NCBI GenBank assembly: GCA_012520355.1
Contig: JAAYOK010000201.1
Coordinates: 1 to 44,714 of the forward strand
Length of the DNA stretch: 44,714 nucleotides
Source: Bacillota bacterium
GTDB lineage: Bacteria > Bacillota > Limnochordia > Darwinibacteriales > Darwinibacteriaceae
Direction: 5' to 3'
Under the pieces are notes generated by a model. It searched no databases. It was not told the DNA's origin and saw only the letters and a list, made by a program, of their open reading frames with translations. The translations under genes and the position numbers were made by a program. Of the stretch, positions 1-9,644 are shown one piece after another (within the stretch, counting starts at the first letter, position 1; each line of letters begins with the position of its first letter).

Positions 1-3
1 AGC

Positions 4-1239
4 CTAGCTCAGTTTGTGGATGAAAAGTCCGCTGAGCAGTTTCGGTTCAAACCAGGTGGATTTCGGTGGCATCACCTGGTTACTATCGGCAACATCGAAA
101 ATTTCGTCAATGGAGGTGGGATACATGGAAAACGCCACCTGCATACCTTCCTTCACACGCCGTTCTAACTCACCAACGCCTCGAATTCCTCCCACAAAAT
201 CGATTCTAGAATCGCGGCGAGGGTCCTGGATGTTAAGAATGGGCTCTAAGAGGTGGTCTTGCAGAACTGCAACATCAAGGTCTTTGATGATGTCCTCGGT
301 ATCAACCAGACCAGGTTTAGGCGTGAGTTTATACCAAGTGTCGCCTAGATACATGCCGTAGCTCTGGCGCTCTGTTGGCTCAAAGGGTGAGCTTGGGGCC
401 CTTTCAACCACAAAACTCTCTTCCACCTTCTGCAAAAATTCGGCCTCAGAGTAGTTGTTTAAGTCAACGACAACCCGATTATAGGGCCAAATTTTTAGAT
501 CAGAAGCAGGGAAGATGACAGATAAAAAGTAGTTGAACTCCGCCTTAGGGTCAGGATTCTCTTGGCGCATCTCCATGCCCACGCGGCAGGCCGCGGCAGA
601 GCGGTGATGTCCATCGGCAATATAAAGATAATCAATGGCGGCAAATAGATCGACGAGCTTTTGGACCGTGGTGGGGCAATCGATCACCCAGCAAATGTGG
701 TCAACATTATGGGCTGAAAATTCATAGACCGGTTTGTGATCATCAATCCATTCATTAATCACCCGGGTCACTTCGGCCTGGTCCCGATAGGTTTGGAAAA
801 TAGGACCTGTCTGGGCATGGAGGGCTTTAATATGATCGATGCGATCTTGTTCCTTATCAGGTCTGGTAAACTCATGCTTTTTAATGACATTATTGTTGTA
901 ATCGTCAACAGACGCACAAGCTACAAGACCAGTTTGGGCCCGACCATCCATAATTTGACGGTAAATATAGAGGCAGTCTTCTTTATCTTGAATCAGATGC
1001 CCTTCTTGCACCATACGATCAAGGATTTCCCTCGCCTTGGCATAGACCATTGGTTCGTGGGGATCTGGCATCTCCGCGAAGTTGATTTCTCCTCGGTCGA
1101 TGCGTAGGAACGAATAATCATTGCCTTGCACCATTATCTTTGCTTCCTCAGAGTTCATCACATCATAAGGAAGTGCTGCGACCTTGTCTGCTAGGTCGGG
1201 ACGTGGCCTGAGGGCCTTGAAAGGTTTAATTATAGCCAT
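4..1239 (-). CDS. DUF1015 family protein
   Basis: Complete 411-aa ORF. The N-terminus MAIIKPFKALRP and the internal YIADGHHRS motif are characteristic of DUF1015. It lies 21 bp downstream of the serA-like gene on the same strand. Confidence 0.8.
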   Translation of the reverse strand: MAIIKPFKALRPRPDLADKVAALPYDVMNSEEAKIMVQGNDYSFLRIDRGEINFAEMPDPHEPMVYAKAREILDRMVQEGHLIQDKEDCLYIYRQIMDGRAQTGLVACASVDDYNNNVIKKHEFTRPDKEQDRIDHIKALHAQTGPIFQTYRDQAEVTRVINEWIDDHKPVYEFSAHNVDHICWVIDCPTTVQKLVDLFAAIDYLYIADGHHRSAAACRVGMEMRQENPDPKAEFNYFLSVIFPASDLKIWPYNRVVVDLNNYSEAEFLQKVEESFVVERAPSSPFEPTERQSYGMYLGDTWYKLTPKPGLVDTEDIIKDLDVAVLQDHLLEPILNIQDPRRDSRIDFVGGIRGVGELERRVKEGMQVAFSMYPTSIDEIFDVADSNQVMPPKSTWFEPKLLSGLFIHKLS

Positions 1240-1260
1240 GAATAAGCCTCCTTGTGGATA

Positions 1261-2205
1261 TTATTGACTAAAGTTGACACTGTTTTCTACCGGCTTGCCC
1301 GTGGCAAAGCGGAGGACCTCCTCTGCTACAACGCAGGCCACCTTGAGCTGGGCTTCTTTGGTAGAAGCAGCAATATGTGGGGTGGCTACCACCTGGTCCA
1401 TCTTTACGAGATCAAAGTTGGTTAAGGGCTCGAGGGAATAGACATCCATGGCCGCACCAGCCACATGACCGATTTCTAAGAAATGTTTCAAAGCGGCTTC
1501 GTCAATGAGGGGACCACGGGCAGCGTTGATGATCAAAACCCCTGGCTTCGTGGTCTTCAGGGTCTCTGCGTTCAGCAGTCCCTTGGTTTCTGGGGTCAAG
1601 GGCAGATGTAAAGTGATAATATCAGCAGTACGGATAATCTCTGAGCGTTCCATGCGGATGACTCCACGGACCTCGGCCTCTTCGTCAGTGAGGAGCGGGT
1701 CGCAAGTGACGACCTTCATTTGAAAGGCCCGGGCCCTTTTGGCAACTTCCTTACCAATACGCCCGAAACCAATGATACCAAGCGTTTTCCCGTATAGCTC
1801 AGTGCCTTGGAAGGCAGAACGATTCCACTCTTCGTTACGAATGGATTCATTGGCTCGGCAGAGTTTACGAACTAAAGCGAGCATCAGGGCGAAGGTAAGC
1901 TCAGCGGTGGCAATGGTGTTACCTGAAGGAGCATTGACCACATTAATTCCCCTGAGCGTCGCGGCGGGAATGTCGATATTATCTACACCGACTCCAGCTC
2001 TGCCAATAATTTTCAGATTCGGCATTTTGCTCATGATTTCATCTGTCACTTTGGTAGCGCTCCGCACGAGCAAAGCATCATAGGTGTCCAGGTCATCAAC
2101 GTCATTGACGTTCTTTTCTACCACCTCAATCTGATCGCTTTCCAGGAGAGGCTCTAGACCTTCTTTGGCAATTTTGTCCGAGACTAAGACGCGAAACATT
2201 GGCAT
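1261..2205 (-). CDS. serA: D-3-phosphoglycerate dehydrogenase-like 2-hydroxyacid dehydrogenase (short form, no ACT domain)
   Basis: 314-aa ORF with an NAD-binding GIIGFGRIGKEVA motif and the D-isomer 2-hydroxyacid dehydrogenase catalytic region (ARGPLIDEAAL, TPHIAAST). It is divergent from serC. Confidence 0.75.
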   Translation of the reverse strand: MPMFRVLVSDKIAKEGLEPLLESDQIEVVEKNVNDVDDLDTYDALLVRSATKVTDEIMSKMPNLKIIGRAGVGVDNIDIPAATLRGINVVNAPSGNTIATAELTFALMLALVRKLCRANESIRNEEWNRSAFQGTELYGKTLGIIGFGRIGKEVAKRARAFQMKVVTCDPLLTDEEAEVRGVIRMERSEIIRTADIITLHLPLTPETKGLLNAETLKTTKPGVLIINAARGPLIDEAALKHFLEIGHVAGAAMDVYSLEPLTNFDLVKMDQVVATPHIAASTKEAQLKVACVVAEEVLRFATGKPVENSVNFSQ

Positions 2206-2244
2206 TCTCCTTTTCTAGTCCGTACTTTCTTAATACTTTCATTA

Positions 2245-2253
2245 ATTATATCA
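2245..2253 (-). promoter_or_regulatory. extended -10 element (TGaTATAAT) for serA
   Basis: The minus strand reads TGATATAAT, ~40 nt upstream of the serA ATG (2205). Confidence 0.4.
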
Positions 2254-2335
2254 CAAAAAATAGAGACGAGTCATGTTTGACAAGAAACACATTGTTAACT
2301 CGCGGTTAACCAGCATGGGCCTGTGTTTCATCTTA

Positions 2336-2344
2336 TGCTATAAT
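2336..2344 (+). promoter_or_regulatory. extended -10 element (TGcTATAAT) for serC
   Basis: TGCTATAAT at 2336-2344, ~48 nt upstream of the serC ATG (2392). Confidence 0.45.
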
Positions 2345-2391
2345 GTGGTAGTATTAGGGAAAAGGTAAAAAAGATGAGGAGGCAGACGGAG

Positions 2392-3474
2392 ATGAAACGA
2401 GCGTTTAATTTTAACGCGGGTCCAGCAGCATTACCACTGGATGTCTTGAAGGAGGCCCAAGCAGAGCTCCTGGACTTTAATGGGACAGGTATGTCTGTGA
2501 TGGAGTTGAGCCACAGAAGCAAGGATTACGAGGCAGTCCATAACAAGGCCCAGGAGCTTTTGGGGAAACTCCTCGGCATTCCAGACAATTACGCTGTCTT
2601 GTTTGTTCAGGGCGGGGCCAGCCAGCAGTTTAGTATGGTACCCATGAATCTCTTGGGGGAAGGCCAGACTGCCAACTATATCTTAACTGGTGTCTGGTCT
2701 GAAAAGGCCTTGGAGCAAGCCGAAAAAGAAGGTAAGACCAGGGTTGGGGCATCCAGCGCGGATTCGAACCATAACTATATTCCCGACCTAGCCCAGCTCG
2801 ATCTACAGGCAGACGATGCTTACGTTCATATTACATCCAATAATACCATTTATGGTACCCAGTGGAAGAGATTCCCTGATACCAAGGATGTGCCTTTGAT
2901 TGTGGATATGTCCAGTGATATTCTCTCTAGACCCCTTGATATTAGTAAGTTTGGTCTTATTTATGCCGGTGCCCAGAAAAACCTAGGACCATCTGGTGTG
3001 ACCGTGGTTATTATCCGGAAGGACCTCTTGGAGCGCAGCCCCAAGAACATGCCAACGATGCTCGACTACAACACCCACGCATCCAAGAATTCCATGTTTA
3101 ACACACCTCCCACCTTCGGCATTTATCTCCTAGGTAAAGTCCTAGCCTGGGTGGAGCGCTATGGTGGAGTCAAGGCCATTGAGAAAGTGAATGAACTCAA
3201 GGCCAGTATGCTCTATGATGCCATTGATCAGAGTGATGGATTTTACAAGGGGCATGCTGATAAAGGAAGTCGCTCGTTGATGAATGTGACCTTTAATCTG
3301 TCTTCGGAAGAGTTGGAGAAGAAGTTCTTGGCTGAAGCGAAGGAAGCAGGTTTTGTTGGTTTGAATGGTCACCGTTCCATTGGCGGCTGTCGTGCGTCCA
3401 TTTACAATGCCGCGCCAGTGGAATCTGTGGAAGCCTTACGCCAATTTATGCTAGACTTTAGAGCAAAGAACTAA
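2392..3474 (+). CDS. serC: phosphoserine aminotransferase
   Basis: MKRAFNFNAGPAALP matches the SerC N-terminus. GAGGAGG RBS at 2376-2382, 9 nt before ATG 2392. The track ORF starts 18 nt earlier. A terminator follows. Confidence 0.9.
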   Translation: MKRAFNFNAGPAALPLDVLKEAQAELLDFNGTGMSVMELSHRSKDYEAVHNKAQELLGKLLGIPDNYAVLFVQGGASQQFSMVPMNLLGEGQTANYILTGVWSEKALEQAEKEGKTRVGASSADSNHNYIPDLAQLDLQADDAYVHITSNNTIYGTQWKRFPDTKDVPLIVDMSSDILSRPLDISKFGLIYAGAQKNLGPSGVTVVIIRKDLLERSPKNMPTMLDYNTHASKNSMFNTPPTFGIYLLGKVLAWVERYGGVKAIEKVNELKASMLYDAIDQSDGFYKGHADKGSRSLMNVTFNLSSEELEKKFLAEAKEAGFVGLNGHRSIGGCRASIYNAAPVESVEALRQFMLDFRAKN

Positions 3475-3496
3475 GATCAAATCGGATGGAAGGAAA

Positions 3497-3525
3497 GGCT
3501 ACCCACTGCACTGGGTAGCCTTTTT
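3497..3525 (+). terminator. intrinsic terminator after serC
   Basis: 9-bp stem GGCTACCCA/TGGGTAGCC, 6-nt loop, then TTTTT. Confidence 0.85.
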
Positions 3526-3631
3526 CATGGCAAAATTGAGGTTTACCCTTGAATAAAGCGTTAAGAAATGGTAATATTCAAGTGTAAAATATAACATTTG
3601 TTCTGTTCCATTAATAAAGAGGAGGTAGTTT

Positions 3632-4972
3632 ATGTCTAAGATTAAGGTCATTATTATCGGTGCGGCAGGTCGGGATTTCCACAACTTCAACACCTACTAT
3701 CGAGACAATGAAACGTACGAGGTCGTCGCCTTCACTGCAACGCAGATCCCCGATATCCATGGACGTCAATATCCACCGGAACTTGCTGGAAAGTTATATC
3801 CAGCTGGCATTCCCATTTATGATCAGGCGGAGTTGGTGGACCTAATCCGAAAACATGAGGTTGACGACTGCGTCTTCTCCTTTAGTGATATCCATTATAT
3901 CGATCTCATGAATCTTAGTTCCATCGTCAACGCCGCTGGGGCCAATTTTATCCTCCTAGGACCTAAGCAAACAATGCTCCAAAGCCAAAAACCGGTGGTG
4001 GCCGTCTGTGCTACCCGGACGGGTACAGGTAAGAGTCAGACGAGCCGCACCGTGGCTGAGTATCTGATGAAACAGGGTCTCAAGGTGGTTGCCATTCGGC
4101 ATCCCATGCCCTATGGTGATTTAGCCGCGCAGAAGGTTCAGCGCTATTCAAGCATTGACGACCTAGCGAAACATAAATGTACCATCGAAGAGATGGAAGA
4201 GTACGAACCCCATATTGAACGGGGGAATGTGATCTACTCTGGCGTAGATTACGAAGCCATCTTACGGGAAGCGGAGCAAGATCCTGAAGGCTGTGATGTG
4301 ATTCTCTGGGATGGTGGCAACAATGACTTCCCCTTCCTCAAGCCCGATTTAATGATCACCGTGGCTGACCCCCACAGGGCTGGGCATGAGCTCTCCTATT
4401 ATCCAGGTGAAGTGAATATGCGGATTGCTGATGTAGTTGTGATCAACAAAATTGACAGTGCCTCCCCAGAGGGGATTGAGACTGTGCGGCAAAACACACG
4501 TAAAGTCAATCCCAATGCCGTGATTGTTGATGCGGCTTCACCCATTCGGGTCGATCAGCCTGAACTCATTAAAGGAAAACGGGTCTTGATTGTGGAAGAT
4601 GGTCCCACATTGACCCATGGCGATATGAAGCTAGGTGCAGGTACCATTGCTGCCCAGAAGTTCGGAGCTGCTGAGATCATCAATCCCCGTGATAAGGCCG
4701 TTGGCAAACTAGCCGAAACGTATGAGCTCTATCCCCATATTGGCGATCTCTTGCCGGCCATGGGCTATAGTGACCAGCAAAGGGCCGACCTAGAAGCAAC
4801 CATCGCCAATGTAGACTGTGATGCGGTCATCATCGGCACTCCCATCGACCTCAACCGCATTGTGAAGATCAAACAGCCCAACACCCGCGTCTACTATGAC
4901 TTACAGGAAATCGGCTCACCGAATCTCAGCGAAATTTTGGCCGATTTTATCAAGGAACATAAGCTGGGCTAG
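3632..4972 (+). CDS. COG2403-type P-loop protein (cyclic 2,3-diphosphoglycerate synthetase-like, annotated 'predicted GTPase')
   Basis: 446 aa. The N-terminus KVIIIGAAGRDFHNFN and the Walker A motif ATRTGTGKSQTS resemble the bacterial COG2403/CPGS family. GAGGAGG RBS upstream. Confidence 0.65.
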   Translation: MSKIKVIIIGAAGRDFHNFNTYYRDNETYEVVAFTATQIPDIHGRQYPPELAGKLYPAGIPIYDQAELVDLIRKHEVDDCVFSFSDIHYIDLMNLSSIVNAAGANFILLGPKQTMLQSQKPVVAVCATRTGTGKSQTSRTVAEYLMKQGLKVVAIRHPMPYGDLAAQKVQRYSSIDDLAKHKCTIEEMEEYEPHIERGNVIYSGVDYEAILREAEQDPEGCDVILWDGGNNDFPFLKPDLMITVADPHRAGHELSYYPGEVNMRIADVVVINKIDSASPEGIETVRQNTRKVNPNAVIVDAASPIRVDQPELIKGKRVLIVEDGPTLTHGDMKLGAGTIAAQKFGAAEIINPRDKAVGKLAETYELYPHIGDLLPAMGYSDQQRADLEATIANVDCDAVIIGTPIDLNRIVKIKQPNTRVYYDLQEIGSPNLSEILADFIKEHKLG

Positions 4973-4992
4973 ACAGCTAAGGAGATGATTGC

Positions 4993-6198
4993 ATGGCCCG
5001 AACCGACGAGTTCATCCGAGATGTAGAACGTTATAGTGCGAATAACTACCACCCTTTACCCATCGTGATTGAAAAAGGAGAAGGGGTCTGGGTCACGGAT
5101 GTGGAGGGTAAGAAATATCTCGACATGCTTTCCGCTTACTCCGCCCTCAATCAGGGACATCGACATCCCAAGATCATTGGGGCCCTCATGGACCAAGCCC
5201 AGAAGGTGACCCTTACATCCAGGGCCTTTCATAACGAAACAATGGGGGGCTTTTTAAAGACGCTCTGCCAAATGTCTGGCTTCGACAAAGCCCTGCCCAT
5301 GAATACTGGGGCAGAAGCAGTGGAGACCGCCCTTAAGGCCGCTCGCAAGTGGGGTCTGGTCAAGAAGGGTGTACCGGAGAATCAAGGGGAGATTATTGTT
5401 TGCGAGAACAATTTCCATGGCCGTACTGTAACCATCGTGAGCTTCTCCACGGAAGAACAGTACCGCTATGGCTTTGGTCCCTTTACACCTGGTTTTGTCA
5501 GCGTACCCTTCGGTGACGCCGAGGCCTTAGAAAAGGCCATTACCGAGAATACGGTGGCGATTTTGGCTGAACCGATTCAAGGGGAAGGGGGAGTGTTGGT
5601 TCCTCCCGCCGGCTATCTCGCCCAAATGCGGGAGCTGGCCACCCGCCACAATGTCTTGATGATGCTCGATGAGATTCAGACAGGTCTGGGCCGGACCGGC
5701 AAGCTCTTTGCCTACCAGTATGAAGATGCGAAGCCCGATGTCCTCCTCTTAGGTAAAGCCTTAGGTGGCGGTGTTTATCCTGTTTCCGCCATGCTCGCAA
5801 GCGATGGGGTGATGGATGTCTTCGGTCCTGGCGATCATGGTTCCACCTTTGGGGGCAATCCCCTGGGTTCGGCGGTGGGTCTCGCGGCACTTGAGGTCCT
5901 GGAAGATGAAAACTTGGTGCAGCAAGCCTATACCCTAGGACAGCACTTCATGGCAGGCCTTAAGGCCATCGATAGTCCCTTGATTAAGGAAGTCAGGGGT
6001 AAGGGGCTTTTAATTGGCGTTGAAATCAAGCACGAGTATGGCAAAGCTCGGCCTTTCTGTGAGCGCCTCATGGAGCTTGGTATCTTGTGCAAAGAAACCC
6101 ATGAGTATACCATTCGCTTTGCTCCACCCTTGACCATCACCAAGGAACAGATCGATTGGGCCCTAGAGCGCATCGCCAAGGTTTTGACCGAAGCTTAG
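4993..6198 (+). CDS. rocD: ornithine--oxo-acid aminotransferase (class III PLP aminotransferase)
   Basis: 401 aa with NYHPLPIV, NNFHGRT, DEIQTGLGRTGK and STFGGNPL motifs typical of RocD/OAT. It starts 21 nt after the preceding gene. Confidence 0.85.
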   Translation: MARTDEFIRDVERYSANNYHPLPIVIEKGEGVWVTDVEGKKYLDMLSAYSALNQGHRHPKIIGALMDQAQKVTLTSRAFHNETMGGFLKTLCQMSGFDKALPMNTGAEAVETALKAARKWGLVKKGVPENQGEIIVCENNFHGRTVTIVSFSTEEQYRYGFGPFTPGFVSVPFGDAEALEKAITENTVAILAEPIQGEGGVLVPPAGYLAQMRELATRHNVLMMLDEIQTGLGRTGKLFAYQYEDAKPDVLLLGKALGGGVYPVSAMLASDGVMDVFGPGDHGSTFGGNPLGSAVGLAALEVLEDENLVQQAYTLGQHFMAGLKAIDSPLIKEVRGKGLLIGVEIKHEYGKARPFCERLMELGILCKETHEYTIRFAPPLTITKEQIDWALERIAKVLTEA

Positions 6199-7100
6199 CG
6201 GAGAAATAAAAGAATTACGCCAAAAATGGAAATGAGTGCTCCTAAGATCTCCCTTGGGAGCACTTTCTCTTTGAAGATCCCCATGGAAAAAGGTATGATC
6301 AAGATGGGGGAGATGGAAGTCAAAGTTGAGACAACGCCTGCAGGGGCATACTGCAAAGCCACAAGGGAGAAGGTGACGCCTACAAAGGGGCCTAAGAAGG
6401 CGCCAATGGCGATCTGACCTATGGCTTGTTTATCCTGAAAAGCCCGTCCAATCTCCGGCCATTTCTTCCAGATGGTAATCAGGACGGTAAAGGTGATGAA
6501 GGCTGCGATAATTCGGATCTGGGTAGCAGCCAGTGGATTGTAAGAACCCATGCCAAGCTTACTAAAAATGAGGCCCAAGGCCTGACCCACGGCTCCTAGG
6601 AAGGCAAAGAAAATACCTCGGAAGGGGCGGTTAAACCTGACCCTCTTTTCTTGGGGATTGCGACTTAAAATCACAAGGGAGATACCGAACATAGTAACCA
6701 TCATACCCAAAAGGCCCAGAGGGGAGATCTGTTCTCCTAGAAGCAAGAAACCGGCTAAAGCGGCTAGAGGTGGCCCCATGGACTTGATTAACAAGGTGAT
6801 CCGGGAGCCGATTTCCACCAAGGCCTGGAAAAGAAAGATGTCTCCTAAGACAAAACCAATCAGCCCCGAAAGAGAGAGATAGAGCCAGGCATTGGAACTT
6901 GCGTCCATGGGTAAGGCTTGTCCCCGGGTAAAAAAGGCAGTAATCATCAAGAGGGGAAATGCGATAAAGAACCTAATGTAATTAACCGACAGTGAGCCCA
7001 CCTTTTTACCGGCAGCCTCAAAGGCCATGGCGTTCATGGTCCAGCAGATGGCTGTGGCTAAAGCTGCGACTTCTCCGAGATGCGCTTCGAGCAGATGCAT
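6195..7100 (-). CDS. EamA/DMT family transporter
   Basis: Ten-TM-like hydrophobic profile. Start chosen at MHLLEAH (ATG 7100) with a GGGAGAG RBS. The track ORF extends 39 codons further upstream without an RBS. Confidence 0.75.
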   Translation of the reverse strand: MHLLEAHLGEVAALATAICWTMNAMAFEAAGKKVGSLSVNYIRFFIAFPLLMITAFFTRGQALPMDASSNAWLYLSLSGLIGFVLGDIFLFQALVEIGSRITLLIKSMGPPLAALAGFLLLGEQISPLGLLGMMVTMFGISLVILSRNPQEKRVRFNRPFRGIFFAFLGAVGQALGLIFSKLGMGSYNPLAATQIRIIAAFITFTVLITIWKKWPEIGRAFQDKQAIGQIAIGAFLGPFVGVTFSLVALQYAPAGVVSTLTSISPILIIPFSMGIFKEKVLPREILGALISIFGVILLFLR

Positions 7101-7253
7101 GTACGTCTCTCCCTTATTCGATGTCAGACACTGTTTACTATTATAACTGTCTGGGGCGCGCAAATAAAGGGATATTGACGGGGAACGGAGAAAGCGCAAT
7201 AATATGCAAAGGATCACGAATACTATGCGCTAGAATGGGAAGTGGAGGAAATA

Positions 7254-7985
7254 ATGGAACGAGCAATCATCACGATGGAAAAGGTGCATAAATGGTATGA
7301 TAAGCTCCATGTTTTGCGAGGTGTCGATCTCAAGGTGGCCCCAAGTGAGGTTGTGGTCTTGATTGGGCCGTCGGGTTCGGGGAAATCCACCCTGCTACGG
7401 ACGTTAAATGGCCTCGAGGAAATTCAAGAGGGACGCATCGTGGTCAATGGAGTTGAGCTACAGGACCAAAAAAGCTTGGTGGAACTGAGAAAAGATGTGG
7501 GCTTTGTGTTCCAGTCCTTTAACCTCTATCCCCATATGACCATCTTAAACAATGTGACCTTAGCCCCCCGCACTATTCGAGGTATGGCTAAGGAAGAGGC
7601 AGAAGAACTGGCCATGGGTTATCTCAAACGGGTGGGTATTGGCGATCAGGCCCTCAAGAAGCCTGGAACCCTCTCAGGTGGGCAACAGCAAAGGGCCGCT
7701 ATAGCAAGAGCCTTGGCCATGAATCCAAAGATCATGCTGTTTGACGAACCTACGAGCGCCTTAGACCCTGAGATGATTGGGGAGGTACTCCAGGTCATGA
7801 CCGATTTGGCTGAAGGGGGTATGACCATGTTAGTGGTCTCCCATGAGATGGGCTTTACTCGGCAAGTGGCCGATCGGGTCATCTTTATGGATGGAGGCGT
7901 GATTGTGGAAGATGCACCTCCAGAGGTGATCTTTGAAAATCCCAAGGAAGAGCGAACCAGACAGTTCCTTAGGCAAATTTTATAA
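7254..7985 (+). CDS. amino-acid (GlnQ/polar amino acid type) ABC transporter ATP-binding protein, orphan
   Basis: Walker [10 protein letters not shown], signature LSGGQQQR, Walker [12 protein letters not shown], and the ~243-aa size typical of GlnQ/HisP. GGAGG RBS 5 nt before ATG 7254. Confidence 0.85.
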   Translation: MERAIITMEKVHKWYDKLHVLRGVDLKVAPSEVVVLIGPSGSGKSTLLRTLNGLEEIQEGRIVVNGVELQDQKSLVELRKDVGFVFQSFNLYPHMTILNNVTLAPRTIRGMAKEEAEELAMGYLKRVGIGDQALKKPGTLSGGQQQRAAIARALAMNPKIMLFDEPTSALDPEMIGEVLQVMTDLAEGGMTMLVVSHEMGFTRQVADRVIFMDGGVIVEDAPPEVIFENPKEERTRQFLRQIL

Positions 7986-8006
7986 AGCTTAAAGGGGGCG
8001 ATCTTT

Positions 8007-9623
8007 ATGCTCAAATGGTGGCAAGAGCGGGTCGTGTATCAAATCTATCCCCGTAGCTTTAAGGATACCAATGATGATGGCATTGGGGATCTGCAGGGTA
8101 TCATTGCCCAACTCGATTATCTGGCTGATTTAGGGGTAGGTATCATTTGGCTCAGTCCAGTGTATCCTTCACCCAATGTGGATTATGGTTATGACATTAG
8201 CGATTACAAAGCCATTCATCCCGAGTTTGGCACCATGGCAGATATGGAGCAGCTCCTAGCCGAGGCGGAGAAGCGGGACATTAAGATCGTCATGGACCTG
8301 GTGATTAACCACACCTCGGATCAACATCCCTGGTTTCAAAAGAGCCGGGCCAAGGTGGACCCCTACACCGATTACTATATTTGGCGGCCAGGCCAGGGCA
8401 AAAAACCCCCCAACAATTGGACGGGTTTCTTTGGCGGTGGCACCTGGCAGTATGATGAAGTGCGGGGCGAGTACTATTTGCACCTTTTTGCCAAGAACCA
8501 ACCCGATCTCAACTATCATAACCCTAAAGTGATCCAGGAAGTCATGGGTATTATGCGTTTCTGGCTGGAAAAGGGAGTCGCGGGGTTTCGCTGCGATGTG
8601 ATCAATATCCTCTATAAATCGAGTCTTGCAAATGGTAAACCGCGGCTAATTCTCACCGGTAGTGAACATTATCTCACCCAAGAAGGTACCCATGAGATTT
8701 TGCGTACTCTGCGCCGGGATGTGCTGGATCACTTCCCTTGCTTTACCGTGGGGGAGACCGTTTTTGTCACTCCACAGGATGCCCTAGACTTGATGGAGCC
8801 CAGCCGGGGAGAACTTGACATGGTTTTCTCCTTCGAGCATATGGAAACAGATCAGTACATTGTGAAGTGGTTCAAACGGAGGTTTCACGCTGGGCGTTTC
8901 GCAAGGAGCATCAGTAAATGGCAAAATGCCCTGCCCTGGAATGCCAATTATTTGGAGAATCATGATCAACCCCGTTCCGTCTCTCGTTTTGGTGATGATG
9001 GCACCTATTGGGAAAAATCGGCCAAGCTTCTCTGCATGATGCTACTGAGCCTGCGGGGAACGCCCTTTATCTACCAGGGCCAAGAGATTGGCATGACGAA
9101 TTTCGACTTTGCCTCCATGGCTGATTTGAAGGATGTGGAATCACACAACATCGACAAAATCGCCAGGCGTCTAGGTTTCCCCCAGGCTTTGCGCTGGAAG
9201 ATGATGCAAGAAACGTCAAGGGATAACGCTCGAACCCCCATGCAGTGGAATTCAGGAAAACATGGTGGATTTACAGAAAGTCAACCCTGGCTCGCTGTGA
9301 ACAAGAACTATACCACGATTAATGTAGCTTCCCAGCTTGATGAAGCGGATTCCATCCGAGCTATGTATAAGAAAATGATAGCTCTCCGGGCTCAAAGTGA
9401 GGTCTTGCAGGGGGGCACCTTTGAAGCAGTAGAAGTCTCCCGAGACTTCTTTGCCTACCGGCGTAAGCTGGGGGAGCGATCGCTCCTTGTCCTTTTGAAC
9501 TTCGCAAAAAAGAACAGAGATGCTTCTTTTGCAGGGGCAACGCTGGTTTTATCGAACTATGATCGCAAGGTCTATGATGGTAAACTACAGCCCTATGAAG
9601 CGGTGATTCTCAAGGAATCGTAA
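8007..9623 (+). CDS. GH13 alpha-glucosidase / oligo-1,6-glucosidase family
   Basis: 538 aa with YQIYPRSFKDTNDDGIGDL, DLVINHTS, GFRCDVI and NHDQPR, the conserved GH13 regions I-IV. Confidence 0.85.
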   Translation: MLKWWQERVVYQIYPRSFKDTNDDGIGDLQGIIAQLDYLADLGVGIIWLSPVYPSPNVDYGYDISDYKAIHPEFGTMADMEQLLAEAEKRDIKIVMDLVINHTSDQHPWFQKSRAKVDPYTDYYIWRPGQGKKPPNNWTGFFGGGTWQYDEVRGEYYLHLFAKNQPDLNYHNPKVIQEVMGIMRFWLEKGVAGFRCDVINILYKSSLANGKPRLILTGSEHYLTQEGTHEILRTLRRDVLDHFPCFTVGETVFVTPQDALDLMEPSRGELDMVFSFEHMETDQYIVKWFKRRFHAGRFARSISKWQNALPWNANYLENHDQPRSVSRFGDDGTYWEKSAKLLCMMLLSLRGTPFIYQGQEIGMTNFDFASMADLKDVESHNIDKIARRLGFPQALRWKMMQETSRDNARTPMQWNSGKHGGFTESQPWLAVNKNYTTINVASQLDEADSIRAMYKKMIALRAQSEVLQGGTFEAVEVSRDFFAYRRKLGERSLLVLLNFAKKNRDASFAGATLVLSNYDRKVYDGKLQPYEAVILKES

Positions 9624-9644
9624 CGGGGCCAGGAGGGGAAATGG

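Noticed and set aside
2206-2391. A T-box or amino-acid riboswitch in the serA/serC intergenic region.
   Set aside because: The region is too short. It has no specifier-loop or T-box core sequence (AGGGTGGNACCGCG-like) and no terminator/antiterminator pair.
6195-6198. Convergent stop-codon overlap of rocD and the EamA gene. The similar 24-nt convergent overlap of the HAD and msrB genes at 31737-31760 was also noted.
   Set aside because: Tail-to-tail overlaps are common in compact genomes. No hairpin or other signal suggests a special mechanism.
7124-7152. The palindrome CAGACA-N17-TGTCTG flanking a minus-strand TATAAT upstream of the EamA transporter gene.
   Set aside because: It has short 6-bp arms and no known regulator motif. 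It may be an operator, but the sequence alone gives no further support.
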